A stretch of DNA of 64,000 nt from Smithellaceae bacterium (GTDB taxonomy: Bacteria > Desulfobacterota > Syntrophia > Syntrophales > Smithellaceae): assembly GCA_963667845.2 (NCBI GenBank), contig CAXXVL010000002.1:2144001-2208000 (forward strand), given 5' to 3'. Shown in pieces: positions 22,029 through 32,203 of this stretch. Within the stretch, counting starts at the first letter, position 1; each line of letters starts with the position of its first letter. A program made the translations under genes and the position numbers. Under the pieces are notes generated by a model, which had not been told where the DNA came from, did no database searches, and was given only the letters and a program-made list of their open reading frames with translations.

Positions 22029-22549
22029 GAGATCGTCAGCTCCTTTCCGTTAATCAGGCGGTACAGCTCTGAGATGAACACATTGAACCCCTGGAAAACC
22101 AGCATGATGGTGCCAATCAGTATCCAGGTCTTGTAAGGATAGATGGGGGGGAAAAAGCCGATTGTGGATCTCTCCAGAATCCGCCAGGATTCTATAACAG
22201 CGGGCACCATCGCCCAGATAATCAGGAACCAGCATAAAAAGAACATGGTCAGCATAAAAAATACATTCAAAAAAGCCTGCACCCTGACCGGTAACTTGAC
22301 CAGAATCATGTCCACGCTGACATGTCCTCCAACCTGCCAAGTATAGGCCATGGTAAAGACGAGGGCTATGCTGCAGAGAAAATAAGTCGCATCCCCGCTC
22401 CAGGTCGTCGGCGCACTGAAGACATAGCGGGCAACGACTTCATAGATAAGCGCGAGAATCAACAAAGGAAGGCAAAAAGAAGCAAGCCAGGCGACTTTTT
22501 CGTTGACGATATTGATGATCTTCATAATGGCAATAACGGTTTTCATCAT
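22025..22549 (-). CDS. TRAP transporter small permease (DctQ family)
   Basis: YEVVARYVFSAPTTW and GGHVSVD motifs; four TM segments. Confidence 0.92.
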   Translation of the reverse strand: MMKTVIAIMKIINIVNEKVAWLASFCLPLLILALIYEVVARYVFSAPTTWSGDATYFLCSIALVFTMAYTWQVGGHVSVDMILVKLPVRVQAFLNVFFMLTMFFLCWFLIIWAMVPAVIESWRILERSTIGFFPPIYPYKTWILIGTIMLVFQGFNVFISELYRLINGKELTIS

Positions 22550-22677
22550 AACACTCCTAAGTTTCTCGTTCCTTAAAACAGGACATTGGCCTCTTCAGTT
22601 GCGCGCCCGGCCGGAAACAAAAGTTCCGACCGGGCAACGCAGGAAAAGATTAGCATTAGGCATTAAGGAAACTGACT

Positions 22678-23748
22678 TTACTTGCGAATAGGCAACATGA
22701 ACTCCTCATAGTCGGAAAAGTCTTTCCAAAACTTGTTTACGGAAGCCCATGTTTTGGTCGTATGGGGTCTGTTGATTTTCTTCACTTCTTGACTAATATA
22801 AGCCCAGGCGGTTTTCCGGAACTCTCTCTGGGAGGCGTCGTCAACACGGGTTAACTTCAAGCCTTTCTTTTTGTAGAATTCCAAGGTGTCGATACCCATG
22901 ACGATATCCTTCGTCAACATTTCAACTGCCATCGCCTTGGCGGCATCCTGGATCATCGCCTTGTATTCAGGGGGCAACGCATTATATTTGTCTTTATTGA
23001 AACCGAGCTCAAAAAAACAGGTCGGTTGGTGCATGCCGGGGCCGGCGACGAATTTAGTGACTTCATGGAAATTCTGCTGCTTATTGACGATCGGGGTGGA
23101 AAATTCCAGGGCATCAATAATACCTTTTTGCAGCGAGGGGTACAGATCAACACCGGGTATCATGGTAACGGAGACGCCCTTTGACTTAAGGATTTCCGCC
23201 CACCAGCCCGGGGTTCTGTATTTCAGACCTTTAAAATCTTTGACATTCCTCAGAGGCTTGTTGGACATGGCCAGTATTTCCGAGTGGGTCAAGCCGCCGG
23301 GAATGACTATAACGTTCATTTTCATTTCATCATACATTTCCTGCATGAGTTCCTTGCCGCCGCCTTGATACATCCAGGTTAGATACATCAGCGGTTCCAG
23401 ATGCATGGGAATGGAAGCAAAGAAATTAGCCGATGGATGCTTGCCCTGCCAGTAGCCGCCCCAGGTTTGCCAGCCATCAATAGTGCCTTTGGAAGTCGCA
23501 TCGAGGACTTCCATGCCCCCGACAATAGCACCAGCGGGAAGAACCTTGATCACGAAATTGCCGCCGCTCATTTCGCCAATGCGTTTAGCCCAAGCTTCCA
23601 CCTCATCATGGATCAGCCAGCCCTTCATCCAAGTGGTCTGCATCGTCCAACGCACTTTGGGCAGCTCTTTGGCGTAACTTAATCCTGCCAATACAAAAAA
23701 ACACACCATCATCATGACAAAAATAAAAACGACTTTTCTGCTTTTCAT
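22678..23748 (-). CDS. TRAP transporter substrate-binding protein (DctP/TakP-like)
   Basis: Signal peptide; WTMQTTW, PAGAIV, DFKGLKYRTPG and LQKGIIDALEF motifs. Confidence 0.92.
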   Translation of the reverse strand: MKSRKVVFIFVMMMVCFFVLAGLSYAKELPKVRWTMQTTWMKGWLIHDEVEAWAKRIGEMSGGNFVIKVLPAGAIVGGMEVLDATSKGTIDGWQTWGGYWQGKHPSANFFASIPMHLEPLMYLTWMYQGGGKELMQEMYDEMKMNVIVIPGGLTHSEILAMSNKPLRNVKDFKGLKYRTPGWWAEILKSKGVSVTMIPGVDLYPSLQKGIIDALEFSTPIVNKQQNFHEVTKFVAGPGMHQPTCFFELGFNKDKYNALPPEYKAMIQDAAKAMAVEMLTKDIVMGIDTLEFYKKKGLKLTRVDDASQREFRKTAWAYISQEVKKINRPHTTKTWASVNKFWKDFSDYEEFMLPIRK

Positions 23749-23896
23749 TTCTCCCTCCTCCTTCTTTCTTTAGTCATTCATAGAGCCGGTTGTAAAAAAA
23801 ACATCCAAACCTGTAAAAAGAAACCATTCCTTAAGTGTCTCGATCTGTTTCTTATCTTTAACGCTATTTTAAGATTTTTCCTTTCCATAGGGATTT

Positions 23897-25894
23897 CTAC
23901 TTATGCACCGCTTGATGGGCCTCTTCGGGGCTTTCATAAATGTACGGCGCCAAATTGCGTTTTTCCAATTCGTCTCCCATTTTCATCCGCAGAAAGGCGC
24001 TCGTCGTGTAGCGCGTGACGTCTTCGTAATACTGCACGACATGATTGATCAAATCCGTATAGTCATCGATCAAATCGGGCAGGATGTTGAAATTGTCATA
24101 ATTGACGATGGTGTTGACTTTCTTATCCAGCGGCCCCAGCATTTCGTCGACAATGATTCTGATTTTATCAATTTCTCCACGGGAACGGATGTATAGATTT
24201 TCGAAATTGACAAAAAAGATATTCTCTTTTGCATGGTAAGTCAGGCGGTCCGAAAGCGGAATGGTCAACAGGTCGTTTTTCAGCCCCATGGACTCACTCC
24301 TGAAGATCCGGGCATCCATCAGCTTCGGTGTTCCCTTGATAACGGGCCGGAATCCCATCTGGTCGAGGATATCCATTTGCAGGTCGACGCCCGGGGCAAT
24401 TTCGGTTAATTCCATTCCTTCTTCCGTCAGATTGAAGACACACCGTTCCGTGATATAGAGAACCGGCTTATGATTATGCGCCGCGAAGTTTCCGCTGAAC
24501 GTTTTCTGTTCTACTTGTTTAATAAACTTTCTTTCTTTTCCCTCCTGATCGATACGGAGTTTTCCCTCGGCTATGGACACCTGGAGACCGCCGGCAGTGA
24601 AGGTTCCCACGAAAACCACCTTCTTGGCATTCTGGCTGATGTTGATAAATCCTCCGGGCCCGACGAAACGCGGTCCGAACTTGCTGACATTGACATTACC
24701 CTCCTCATCCGCCTCCGCTGCGCCGAGAAAGGCCGTATCCAGCCCGCCGCCGTCATAAAAATCGAACTGGTAGGGTTGATCGATCAAACATTCCATATTG
24801 GTGGCCGTCCCGAAGCACAGTCCACCAAGGGGCATGCCGCCGATGGTACCGGGCTCCGTCGTCAGGGTCAGATATTCGATGATTTTTTCTTCATTGGCCA
24901 CGCTGGCCACGCCTTCCGGCATGCCGATGCCGAGATTAACGATACTGTTCGGCGTGAGTTCGAAGGCCGCCCGGCGGGCGATAATTTTTCTCGGGCTCAG
25001 TTCCATCGGTGGAATAGACTGCATGGGAATCTTGACCTCTCCGCTGAGAGAGGGATTGTAAAATTCGCCAAATGTCTGCCAGTGATTCTCGGGTGGCGCC
25101 AAAACGATACAATCCACCAGAATCCCGGGAATCTTCACATCCCGGCTATTGAGCGTCCCCCGGTCCGCGATCCGTTCCACCTGGACAATGACAAAACCGC
25201 CGGAATTCTTTGCCGCCATGGCCATGGACAAGGACTCCAGGGTCAGGGGCTCCTTCTCCATCGAGATATTGCCGTCCGTATCCGCCGTTGTTCCTCTGAG
25301 AATGGCCACATTGATCGGGAAGGCTTTATAAAGAAGGTACTCCTCACCGTTGATCTGAATCAGGTCAATGAGATTCCTGCCTTCTTTAAATGTTTTCTCA
25401 TTGAGTTTCCCGCCGTCGATCCGGGGATCAATAAAGGTTCCCATCCCCACTTGTGTGATGGTTCCGGGCTTGCCCGCGGCGATATCACGGAATAGGTGGG
25501 TAATCACCCCCTGGGGCATATTGTAGCCTAATACAAGATTTTCTCTGACCAAACGCTGCAGTTTCGGCGCCATGCCAATGTGGCCCCCGATAACGGTTCC
25601 GACAAGGCCTTCATGCCCAAGATGATTCAAACCTCTGTCCAGGCCGTCTCCCTGACCGGCGGCATAAACGATGGTCAGATTTCGTGGCGTGCCGGTTGCC
25701 AGAAAATGCTTCTTCAGGCCAATCGCAATCTCTTCGGCAAAACAGGCCCCACAAAATCCTTCTGTCGCGACGGTATCTCCATCGCGGATGATGCGCACGG
25801 CTTCCTCGGTCGAAACCACCTTGCCCTTCTTTGCGCGCTGGGTGCGGAGTTGCAGCAGCATGGGGTGAATGCGCTTGGACATTTCTTGATTCAT
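23897..25894 (-). CDS. Family I acyl-CoA transferase (propionate CoA-transferase/YdiF-like) with C-terminal extension
   Basis: YAAGQGD, RGTTAD..GN, VNLGIGMPEG, catalytic TTEPG, QFDFYDGGGLD and GGFINISQ motifs. Confidence 0.9.
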   Translation of the reverse strand: MNQEMSKRIHPMLLQLRTQRAKKGKVVSTEEAVRIIRDGDTVATEGFCGACFAEEIAIGLKKHFLATGTPRNLTIVYAAGQGDGLDRGLNHLGHEGLVGTVIGGHIGMAPKLQRLVRENLVLGYNMPQGVITHLFRDIAAGKPGTITQVGMGTFIDPRIDGGKLNEKTFKEGRNLIDLIQINGEEYLLYKAFPINVAILRGTTADTDGNISMEKEPLTLESLSMAMAAKNSGGFVIVQVERIADRGTLNSRDVKIPGILVDCIVLAPPENHWQTFGEFYNPSLSGEVKIPMQSIPPMELSPRKIIARRAAFELTPNSIVNLGIGMPEGVASVANEEKIIEYLTLTTEPGTIGGMPLGGLCFGTATNMECLIDQPYQFDFYDGGGLDTAFLGAAEADEEGNVNVSKFGPRFVGPGGFINISQNAKKVVFVGTFTAGGLQVSIAEGKLRIDQEGKERKFIKQVEQKTFSGNFAAHNHKPVLYITERCVFNLTEEGMELTEIAPGVDLQMDILDQMGFRPVIKGTPKLMDARIFRSESMGLKNDLLTIPLSDRLTYHAKENIFFVNFENLYIRSRGEIDKIRIIVDEMLGPLDKKVNTIVNYDNFNILPDLIDDYTDLINHVVQYYEDVTRYTTSAFLRMKMGDELEKRNLAPYIYESPEEAHQAVHK

Positions 25895-26038
25895 AATGGC
25901 CCTCTTTCCTCAAATTGTTAAAATACAGCCGGGCAATGGAACAACTCATGTTGCATTGGTATTTCTGTATCTACATAAGAAAACAGCGAATGAAAAAATG
26001 GTAATTATTTTTCGATCACGCAATGACGTAATATTCTG

Positions 26039-26054
26039 TGCAAAAAGGGAACCA
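26039..26054 (-). promoter_or_regulatory. Sigma54 (-24/-12) promoter for the CoA-transferase/TRAP genes
   Basis: Minus strand TGGTTCCCTTTTTGCA with GG-N10-GC spacing, next to a divergent sigma54 activator gene. Confidence 0.65.
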
Positions 26055-26231
26055 TTGCCGTCATCGGGAAGGGTTAAAAAAATAAGAATTAATATTTATC
26101 TTGCAATATCAATAAATTACATAATATAAAATTCAGGATATTTTTCTCGACAAACAGTTGAAGATGGTATAAAAAAAAGTTAGAATTCGTATCATATTTA
26201 ATACATGTATCTTTGGAGCTACGGAGTCGGC

Positions 26232-27692
26232 ATGAAAAGAAATGCAAATCTGTCTCTGATACGCACGCCGAAAAGCAATACGGTGAACTCCGATATCGGG
26301 GAGATCGAAGTATTGCGGAAGCGGCTGGAAATGTATGAACTGATTTTTGAAAGCATTCACTACGGCGGCTTGGTCACCGATGAAAAAGGCTATATCACCC
26401 ACATGAACAAACCTTACGGCAATTATCTGAATTTAGATCCTCAGGCCCAGATCGGCAAGCATTGCACCGAGGTGGTCGAAAATTCGCGCATGCATATAGT
26501 GGCCCAGACAGGCAAGCCGGAATTCAGCAACAGCCACCTCCTCAAAGGCCAGAAAATGGTGGTGCACCGCATCCCCATCAAAAAAGACGGCAAGGTGATC
26601 GCCGTTTACGGTCAACTGGTTTTCAAGGATGTGCGCGACGTGGGCAAGCTGGCCAAAGAACTCTCTCTGCTCGAATCCAAAGTCAAACTTTATGAAGCCG
26701 AACTACTCGCCATGCGATCCACACGCTACACGCTGGACAGTGTCATCGGCATAAGCGACGCGATCACCTCTCTGAAAGCGCAGGCACTGAAAGCCGCCGC
26801 CAGTCATTCCCCCGTCTTGATCTCCGGCGAAAGCGGTACCGGCAAGGAGCTGTTCGCTCAGGCCATTCACCAGGCCGGCCCGCGCAAGGTCTTTCCTTTT
26901 GTACGGATCAATTGTGCAACCATCCCCAAGGATCTTTTCGAGTCGGAACTGTTCGGTTATGAGCAGGGAGCCTTTACCGGAGCGAAATCGGAAGGAAAAC
27001 CCGGTAAGTTCGAACTGGCCGATCGGGGAACCATCTTTCTCGATGAAATCGGGGAACTGCCCGTACCGATGCAGCCGAAACTGTTGCGTGTGTTGGAAGA
27101 GAAGGAATTCGAGCGCGTAGGCGGCACCCGGGTGATCCGTTCCAATTTCCGCCTGATCGCCGCCACCAATCAGAATCTGGACGCCATGATCAGGGACCGA
27201 CGCTTCCGCAAGGATCTTTTTTACCGGCTGAACGTTTTTCCAATTACTATTCCGCCCTTACGGGAACGCCGGGAAGACATCATTCCCGTTTTTATGCACC
27301 TGCTGCAGAAATTATCGGAGGATGCCGACCGCTTCGATATCCGCCTTGACCGAAGCGCTCAAAAAGTCCTGATGGAGCATAGCTGGCCCGGCAATGTCCG
27401 GGAACTTTCCAACGTCCTGGAATGGACCCTGTCCTCGCTCGAAGGCAATTGCATTCGGGACAGGGATCTGCCTTTCTATCTGAAATCCAGATTGGATATC
27501 CTGCCTCCCGAGAGGCACTCCCCGATGCGGGAGGCTCAGGCCCACGCCGAGGTTCAGGCTATCCGCCAGGCTTTGGATGAAGCCGACCACAATAAAGCCC
27601 GGGCGGCCCGCATCCTGGGCATTCACCGGACCCTGCTGTATAAAAAAATAAAGAAATACGGCGTGGAAGAACTGAAAGAATCAAACAGATGA
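26232..27692 (+). CDS. Sigma54-dependent transcriptional activator (PAS-AAA+-Fis HTH)
   Basis: GESGTGKE, ESELFG, GAFTGA, FLDEIGE, WPGNVREL and C-terminal HTH. Confidence 0.95.
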   Translation: MKRNANLSLIRTPKSNTVNSDIGEIEVLRKRLEMYELIFESIHYGGLVTDEKGYITHMNKPYGNYLNLDPQAQIGKHCTEVVENSRMHIVAQTGKPEFSNSHLLKGQKMVVHRIPIKKDGKVIAVYGQLVFKDVRDVGKLAKELSLLESKVKLYEAELLAMRSTRYTLDSVIGISDAITSLKAQALKAAASHSPVLISGESGTGKELFAQAIHQAGPRKVFPFVRINCATIPKDLFESELFGYEQGAFTGAKSEGKPGKFELADRGTIFLDEIGELPVPMQPKLLRVLEEKEFERVGGTRVIRSNFRLIAATNQNLDAMIRDRRFRKDLFYRLNVFPITIPPLRERREDIIPVFMHLLQKLSEDADRFDIRLDRSAQKVLMEHSWPGNVRELSNVLEWTLSSLEGNCIRDRDLPFYLKSRLDILPPERHSPMREAQAHAEVQAIRQALDEADHNKARAARILGIHRTLLYKKIKKYGVEELKESNR

Positions 27693-27696
27693 GGCG

Positions 27697-27996
27697 ATGG
27701 AGAGGATGACAGATACCTTTAAGACTATTCTACTGATTCTCTTTGTGATCGGAGGCCTGTTTTTCTCGCTGCGTATGACCGGATGGAAGATGAAGAAGGC
27801 CTGCGAATTCATCATTCGGGATCTGCGGGAGAAAAAGGCGTTTGACCCGGTTTCGGCGGTAGATCTTCCTTATCGGAAAAGCCCGATGATGCATCTCGGT
27901 TTACGGGACTACCGGCCTGCTGCACTCCAGGACCTCATCAAGCGAGATGTGGTCCGCCAATTGGAAACGGAGCGGTACTATTTGCGCGAGGGTTGA
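27697..27996 (+). CDS. Small membrane-anchored hypothetical protein
   Basis: N-terminal TM helix; immediately follows the activator gene. Confidence 0.6.
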   Translation: MERMTDTFKTILLILFVIGGLFFSLRMTGWKMKKACEFIIRDLREKKAFDPVSAVDLPYRKSPMMHLGLRDYRPAALQDLIKRDVVRQLETERYYLREG

Positions 27997-28036
27997 AACC
28001 CCCGCAGGTGCCTTGACGGAGCCGGTCTCGACCGCA

Positions 28037-28213
28037 CGGACAACGGGCGTCGTTTGGCCGGAACTGGCTGCCGATGCCAGGACCCGCTGTATGCTGTTCG
28101 ACGATTCCGTACAGGCCGAAAAGATCAAAGAGGTTTATGCTGTCGCTGATGAATTGCGGCTGAAATTCGGCAAGCACAGGCTGCACGCGGGTTTGAGCTT
28201 GGCACCCAAATAG
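28037..28213 (+). pseudogene. dinB 3' fragment
   Basis: RTTGVV...LFDDSVQAEKIKEVYAVADELRLKFGKHRLH matches DinB RATGVV...LFDNPVQAEKIKDLYDVADELGLKFGKHTLH (about 19075-19233). Confidence 0.85.
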
Positions 28214-28258
28214 CGTTTCTATGTGTGGCTGGCTCATCGGTTTGCAAAAAAAGTACGT

Positions 28259-28888
28259 CTAGATTTTCAACAGACTGTCCATGTCTCGACTAAACGACTC
28301 AGCATCGGTGTAAAGAATGGCCTGCCAACCCTTTTGCCTTGCGCGTTCGACATTTCCCGGGTCATCGTCGATAAATAAAATTCTGTCAGGAGGCGTTTTT
28401 AGAATTTCGGCGATATCGTCGAACAGGGAAATATCACGTTTTCCTTTGCCCATGTGGTAGCTGTTAAACACAAAATCAAACTCTTTGAAAAAATCGAATC
28501 GCGCATTCAGCAAATCGAGCACATCCGTCTGATCGCTCAGGATGCCGACCGCCAGGTTTTCAGACTTTAACCGCCGCACAAGCTTAATCATCCAGTCCCT
28601 GATGATGAACCGCGAAATGATTTCCTGCAGGAGCGCCGCATCATCTCCTTTGATTCCCGTTTTTGCTCTCATGGCGTCCCAGAAGCTTCTTTCGGAACCT
28701 TTTCCCAGAATGTAACCGGTCTCATAAACCGTATCGGAAGCCGTTTGAACAAGATGGCCGCCATCCAGACCATTGGCTTCGGCAATGACCCTGAATCCTT
28801 TCTTCCATCCTTCTTCAGCAAGCACACCCCCGAAGTCAAATAGAACGACATCAATTATCCTTCTTCTAAGATCAGGCTTCTCCAGCAA
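28259..28888 (-). CDS. HAD-family phosphatase
   Basis: FDFGGVL motif I, ILSD, GKGK and FIDD motif IV; start uncertain. Confidence 0.88.
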   Translation of the reverse strand: MLEKPDLRRRIIDVVLFDFGGVLAEEGWKKGFRVIAEANGLDGGHLVQTASDTVYETGYILGKGSERSFWDAMRAKTGIKGDDAALLQEIISRFIIRDWMIKLVRRLKSENLAVGILSDQTDVLDLLNARFDFFKEFDFVFNSYHMGKGKRDISLFDDIAEILKTPPDRILFIDDDPGNVERARQKGWQAILYTDAESFSRDMDSLLKI

Positions 28889-29066
28889 ATTGATTACCTT
28901 TCATGTTTTTATCTGCGGCATTGCGGCAAGTCTCCCGGGGCCGTCAGATTGATTTACGTTACCTGTTCCCGTGCCGACGCGTCTGCACCGGGACCCGCTA
29001 TGGTTGTTTTAAAGGAGGTTTTCGCGACGAAGAGGTGCGGGGCCGGCCCCCGGCTGCCGGTGTTCG

Positions 29067-29702
29067 CTATTTATTTATCAGCGCTTTTACAATGTAATTT
29101 TCGGAAAGCCGAACCAATTCGTCATAACTGAATCTATTTCGCAAGTTCCAGCCGCGCAACGGATTTACAGACATTTGCAGGACGATCATGTTGGCTGCAA
29201 AAAAAGGATCTTCCACCTGGAAGATGCCTCGTTCAATGCCGCGGAGAATCATTTTTTCAAACTCGCAGACCAGTTGCCTTTCGTTTTCCATCGCGATTTT
29301 CAGAAATTTGGGGGGCAGGAAACGCGATTCCAGGTACATGATCTTGATTTCATCCTGATAGTCTTCGCACTTGAGCAGCATCGCGCGCACTGCCATGCGA
29401 ATCTGCTCCAGAGGATCATCAATATCGTAAATGCCGTTTTTCTCCAGAATTTTTATCCAGGATTTGTGGTACAGTTCAAAGACCAGGCAAAGCACATCCT
29501 CTTTCTTTTTGATGTAAGAATAAAGGTTGCCCAGGGTGATTCGAGTCGCCCGGGAGATGTCGCGCATGCTGGTATCGGAAAATCCTTTCTTGATAAAAAG
29601 TTTGGTTGCTTTACTGGCAATCAACAAATGCTTTTCCCGGACCAGCCTGGGATTTTTGATTCTGGTCTCAACCGTTTGCCGGTTGTCTTTGGGACGCGCC
29701 AT
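29067..29702 (-). CDS. TetR/AcrR family transcriptional regulator
   Basis: HTH ATKLFIKKGFSDTSMRDISRATRITLGNLYSYIKKKEDVL. Confidence 0.92.
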   Translation of the reverse strand: MARPKDNRQTVETRIKNPRLVREKHLLIASKATKLFIKKGFSDTSMRDISRATRITLGNLYSYIKKKEDVLCLVFELYHKSWIKILEKNGIYDIDDPLEQIRMAVRAMLLKCEDYQDEIKIMYLESRFLPPKFLKIAMENERQLVCEFEKMILRGIERGIFQVEDPFFAANMIVLQMSVNPLRGWNLRNRFSYDELVRLSENYIVKALINK

Positions 29703-30238
29703 ACGGATTCCTTTTTCGTCAGAGCGTGAAATATCGAAGCCTCATACAATAATTCTTCTAGTGAAACAATGTAATTATTTAAAAATATGAGTTTTTTTAT
29801 TTTTACCCGAAAAATCATAAACATTGAAGATAATTAAAAATATTTCTTGCATTTCCTTTTTTATCTGCTAAGAAAAATAACGATCGTTCGATAAAATTCT
29901 GCGAGTGTCAGTCATCGAGATAGCGATTTTTTCGGCGTCATTCGGCACTCTACACAACACAAAATGAGGGGGCGGACGTGGGGCATTTGAGAAGTTTCAT
30001 CTCTGGGATTACTATCAGCATCCCTCTTCCTGGACAAATTTCCATATTACGAACGGCGGCAACATCAGCTCTGCACGGTCCTGCGGCTTGTTGTTTTTGT
30101 GGCCACCGGCGCCTGAAAATCCGATCCGCATATGGCGCAGTTCCAAAACATCCAATGTCAATGACGCGGTTCTACAGATCCGGTTGCCCGTCCCGTACTG
30201 AAGGGGATAAAAATAATATTTCTTAAGGAGGAGTTAAT

Positions 30239-32104
30239 ATGTCGTTAAATCAGTTAATCGATTCGCGTGATGTCCGTTTTACCCTGTTTGAAATGCTGGA
30301 ACTGGAGAAATTGAACCGGTTCGATGCATTTAAAGATTTTGATCGGAGCGTATATGAGGATACGCTCGAACTGGCAGAGAAGATTGCCATCCAGCAGTTT
30401 TATCCGACCAATGCCGAAGGGGACAAGACGGGCCTGAAGTTCGATCCCAAAACGGGCGAGGTCAAGGTTCCCGAATCGTTCAAAAAGGGATTCAATGCCT
30501 ATATCGAGTCCGGATTCCATTCCCTGGCCCTGCCCCAGCAAATGGGTGGGATGGGTCTCCCCTCCAGCATCTCGATGGCCTGCGCGGAGTATTTCAACGC
30601 GGGGAACACAGCCCTGACGATGTATTGCGGCTCGATCACCGGGGCGCTCGCCATCATCGCCCCCTTCGCGAATAAGGAACTCTATGACATGGTCGTTCCC
30701 AAGCTGCTGGAAGGAAAATGGGGCGGCACCATGTGTCTGACGGAACCGGGAGCCGGATCGGATGTCGGCGCCCTCAAGAGCAAGGCGGTGAAACAAGCCG
30801 ATGGTACCTATCTGATCACCGGCTCAAAGATTTTCATCTCCAACGGCGAACACGACATGAACGAGAACATCATTCACCCGGTCCTCGCGAGGATCGAAGG
30901 CGATCCGGAAGGGACCAAGGGGATATCGATCTTCGTCGTTCCCAAAGTCCTCATCAACAAGGATGGCTCTCTCGGCGCACGTAACGACATGATCTGTTCG
31001 GGCATCGAGCACAAAATGGGCCTTAAAGGAAACGCCACCTCATCGCTGAATTTTGGCGATAACGGCAAGTGTGTCGGCTATCTGCTGGGCAAGGAACGCC
31101 AGGGGATGCAGATCATGTTCCATCTCATGAACGCAGCCCGCATCCACACAGGCGTCCAGGCCCTGGGTTGCTCCAGCGCCGCTTATCTGCATGCCGTGAC
31201 CTACGCCCGCAACAGGGTTCAGAGCGCCCTGATCACGAATCCCAAAGGCGGCCCCGTCGCCATTATCAATCACCCGGACGTGAAACGGATGCTCCTTTAC
31301 ATGAAGAGCAACGTTGAGGGGATGAGTATGCTGTGCCTCTTCCTCGCCTATCACGAGGATATCATGCATGCTTCGAAGGATCCCGAAGAGGTGAAAAAGG
31401 CGACCGGCATAGTCGAAATCCTGACCCCGATCGTGAAGGCCGGTATCTCCGACGCCTCCTGGCTCGTTACCGCCGAGGCGATGCAGGTTTACGGCGGTTA
31501 CGGTTTCTGCCAGGAATACCCGGTCGAACAGTACGCCCGCGACACCAAAGTATTTTCGATCTATGAGGGGACCAACGCCATCCAGTCACTCGACCTGGTC
31601 ATGCGCAAGATTCTCATGAATCCCGAGATGTACAACTACTCGCAGCTCAGGGAATGGATGAATGGCACGATTGCAAAGGCCAAAGGCGTCGTCGACGACA
31701 AGTATGTCAATCCGGTCGTCGAAGGTCTGGCAAAACTTGACGAGATGATCGAGATGATGAAGAAGCAGTTGGGCGAAATGAAGATTCTCCTCCTGCTCAA
31801 TAACGCAACCCCCTTCCAGCAGGCCATGTATCCGCTGATTCTGGCGTGGCTGCATCTGTGGAGCCTCACCATCACCACGCCCAAAGCCAAAGCGCTCATG
31901 GGCGATGCCAAAGGCGCCGACCGGCAGAAGATTCTGGCCGACAACCCCGAAGCCGCCTACTACAGCGGCCGCGTGCTGTCGTCGCAGTTCTATATCGGTG
32001 CGGAATTCCCGAAATTCTATGGCCGCCTCGCCTGCATCATGAACAATGAAGGCGCAGCGCTGAAGGTAGAGTCGGACAACTTTACCGGAGCTCTTAAAGA
32101 ATAG
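30239..32104 (+). CDS. Acyl-CoA dehydrogenase
   Basis: GTMCLTEPGAGSDVG, GSKIFIS, EHKMG, QVYGGYG and IYEGTNAIQ motifs. Confidence 0.94.
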   Translation: MSLNQLIDSRDVRFTLFEMLELEKLNRFDAFKDFDRSVYEDTLELAEKIAIQQFYPTNAEGDKTGLKFDPKTGEVKVPESFKKGFNAYIESGFHSLALPQQMGGMGLPSSISMACAEYFNAGNTALTMYCGSITGALAIIAPFANKELYDMVVPKLLEGKWGGTMCLTEPGAGSDVGALKSKAVKQADGTYLITGSKIFISNGEHDMNENIIHPVLARIEGDPEGTKGISIFVVPKVLINKDGSLGARNDMICSGIEHKMGLKGNATSSLNFGDNGKCVGYLLGKERQGMQIMFHLMNAARIHTGVQALGCSSAAYLHAVTYARNRVQSALITNPKGGPVAIINHPDVKRMLLYMKSNVEGMSMLCLFLAYHEDIMHASKDPEEVKKATGIVEILTPIVKAGISDASWLVTAEAMQVYGGYGFCQEYPVEQYARDTKVFSIYEGTNAIQSLDLVMRKILMNPEMYNYSQLREWMNGTIAKAKGVVDDKYVNPVVEGLAKLDEMIEMMKKQLGEMKILLLLNNATPFQQAMYPLILAWLHLWSLTITTPKAKALMGDAKGADRQKILADNPEAAYYSGRVLSSQFYIGAEFPKFYGRLACIMNNEGAALKVESDNFTGALKE

Positions 32105-32146
32105 GTCCAAGGTTCAAGGTCCAAGGTTCAAGTAGAATAATGATAA

Positions 32147-32184
32147 GCATCAGCGATTGCTCCCTCGGGAGCAATCGCTGATGC
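32147..32184. other. Perfect long intergenic hairpin without a U tract
   Basis: GCATCAGCGATTGCTCCC-TC-GGGAGCAATCGCTGATGC. Confidence 0.8.
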
Positions 32185-32203
32185 GCTATTTACTGGAGGG
32201 GAA

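Noticed and set aside
24470..25495. 341-aa plus-strand ORF and similar long antisense ORFs (32681-33406, 33730-34680, 35579-36415, 47779-48678, 55254-55961)
   Set aside because: Shadow frames opposite well-supported genes in GC-rich coding DNA; no recognisable motifs.
29890..30230. Riboswitch in the long leader of the acyl-CoA dehydrogenase gene (also considered 45540-45780 and 37920-38410)
   Set aside because: No recognisable aptamer consensus by eye; an Rfam cmscan would be needed to exclude one.
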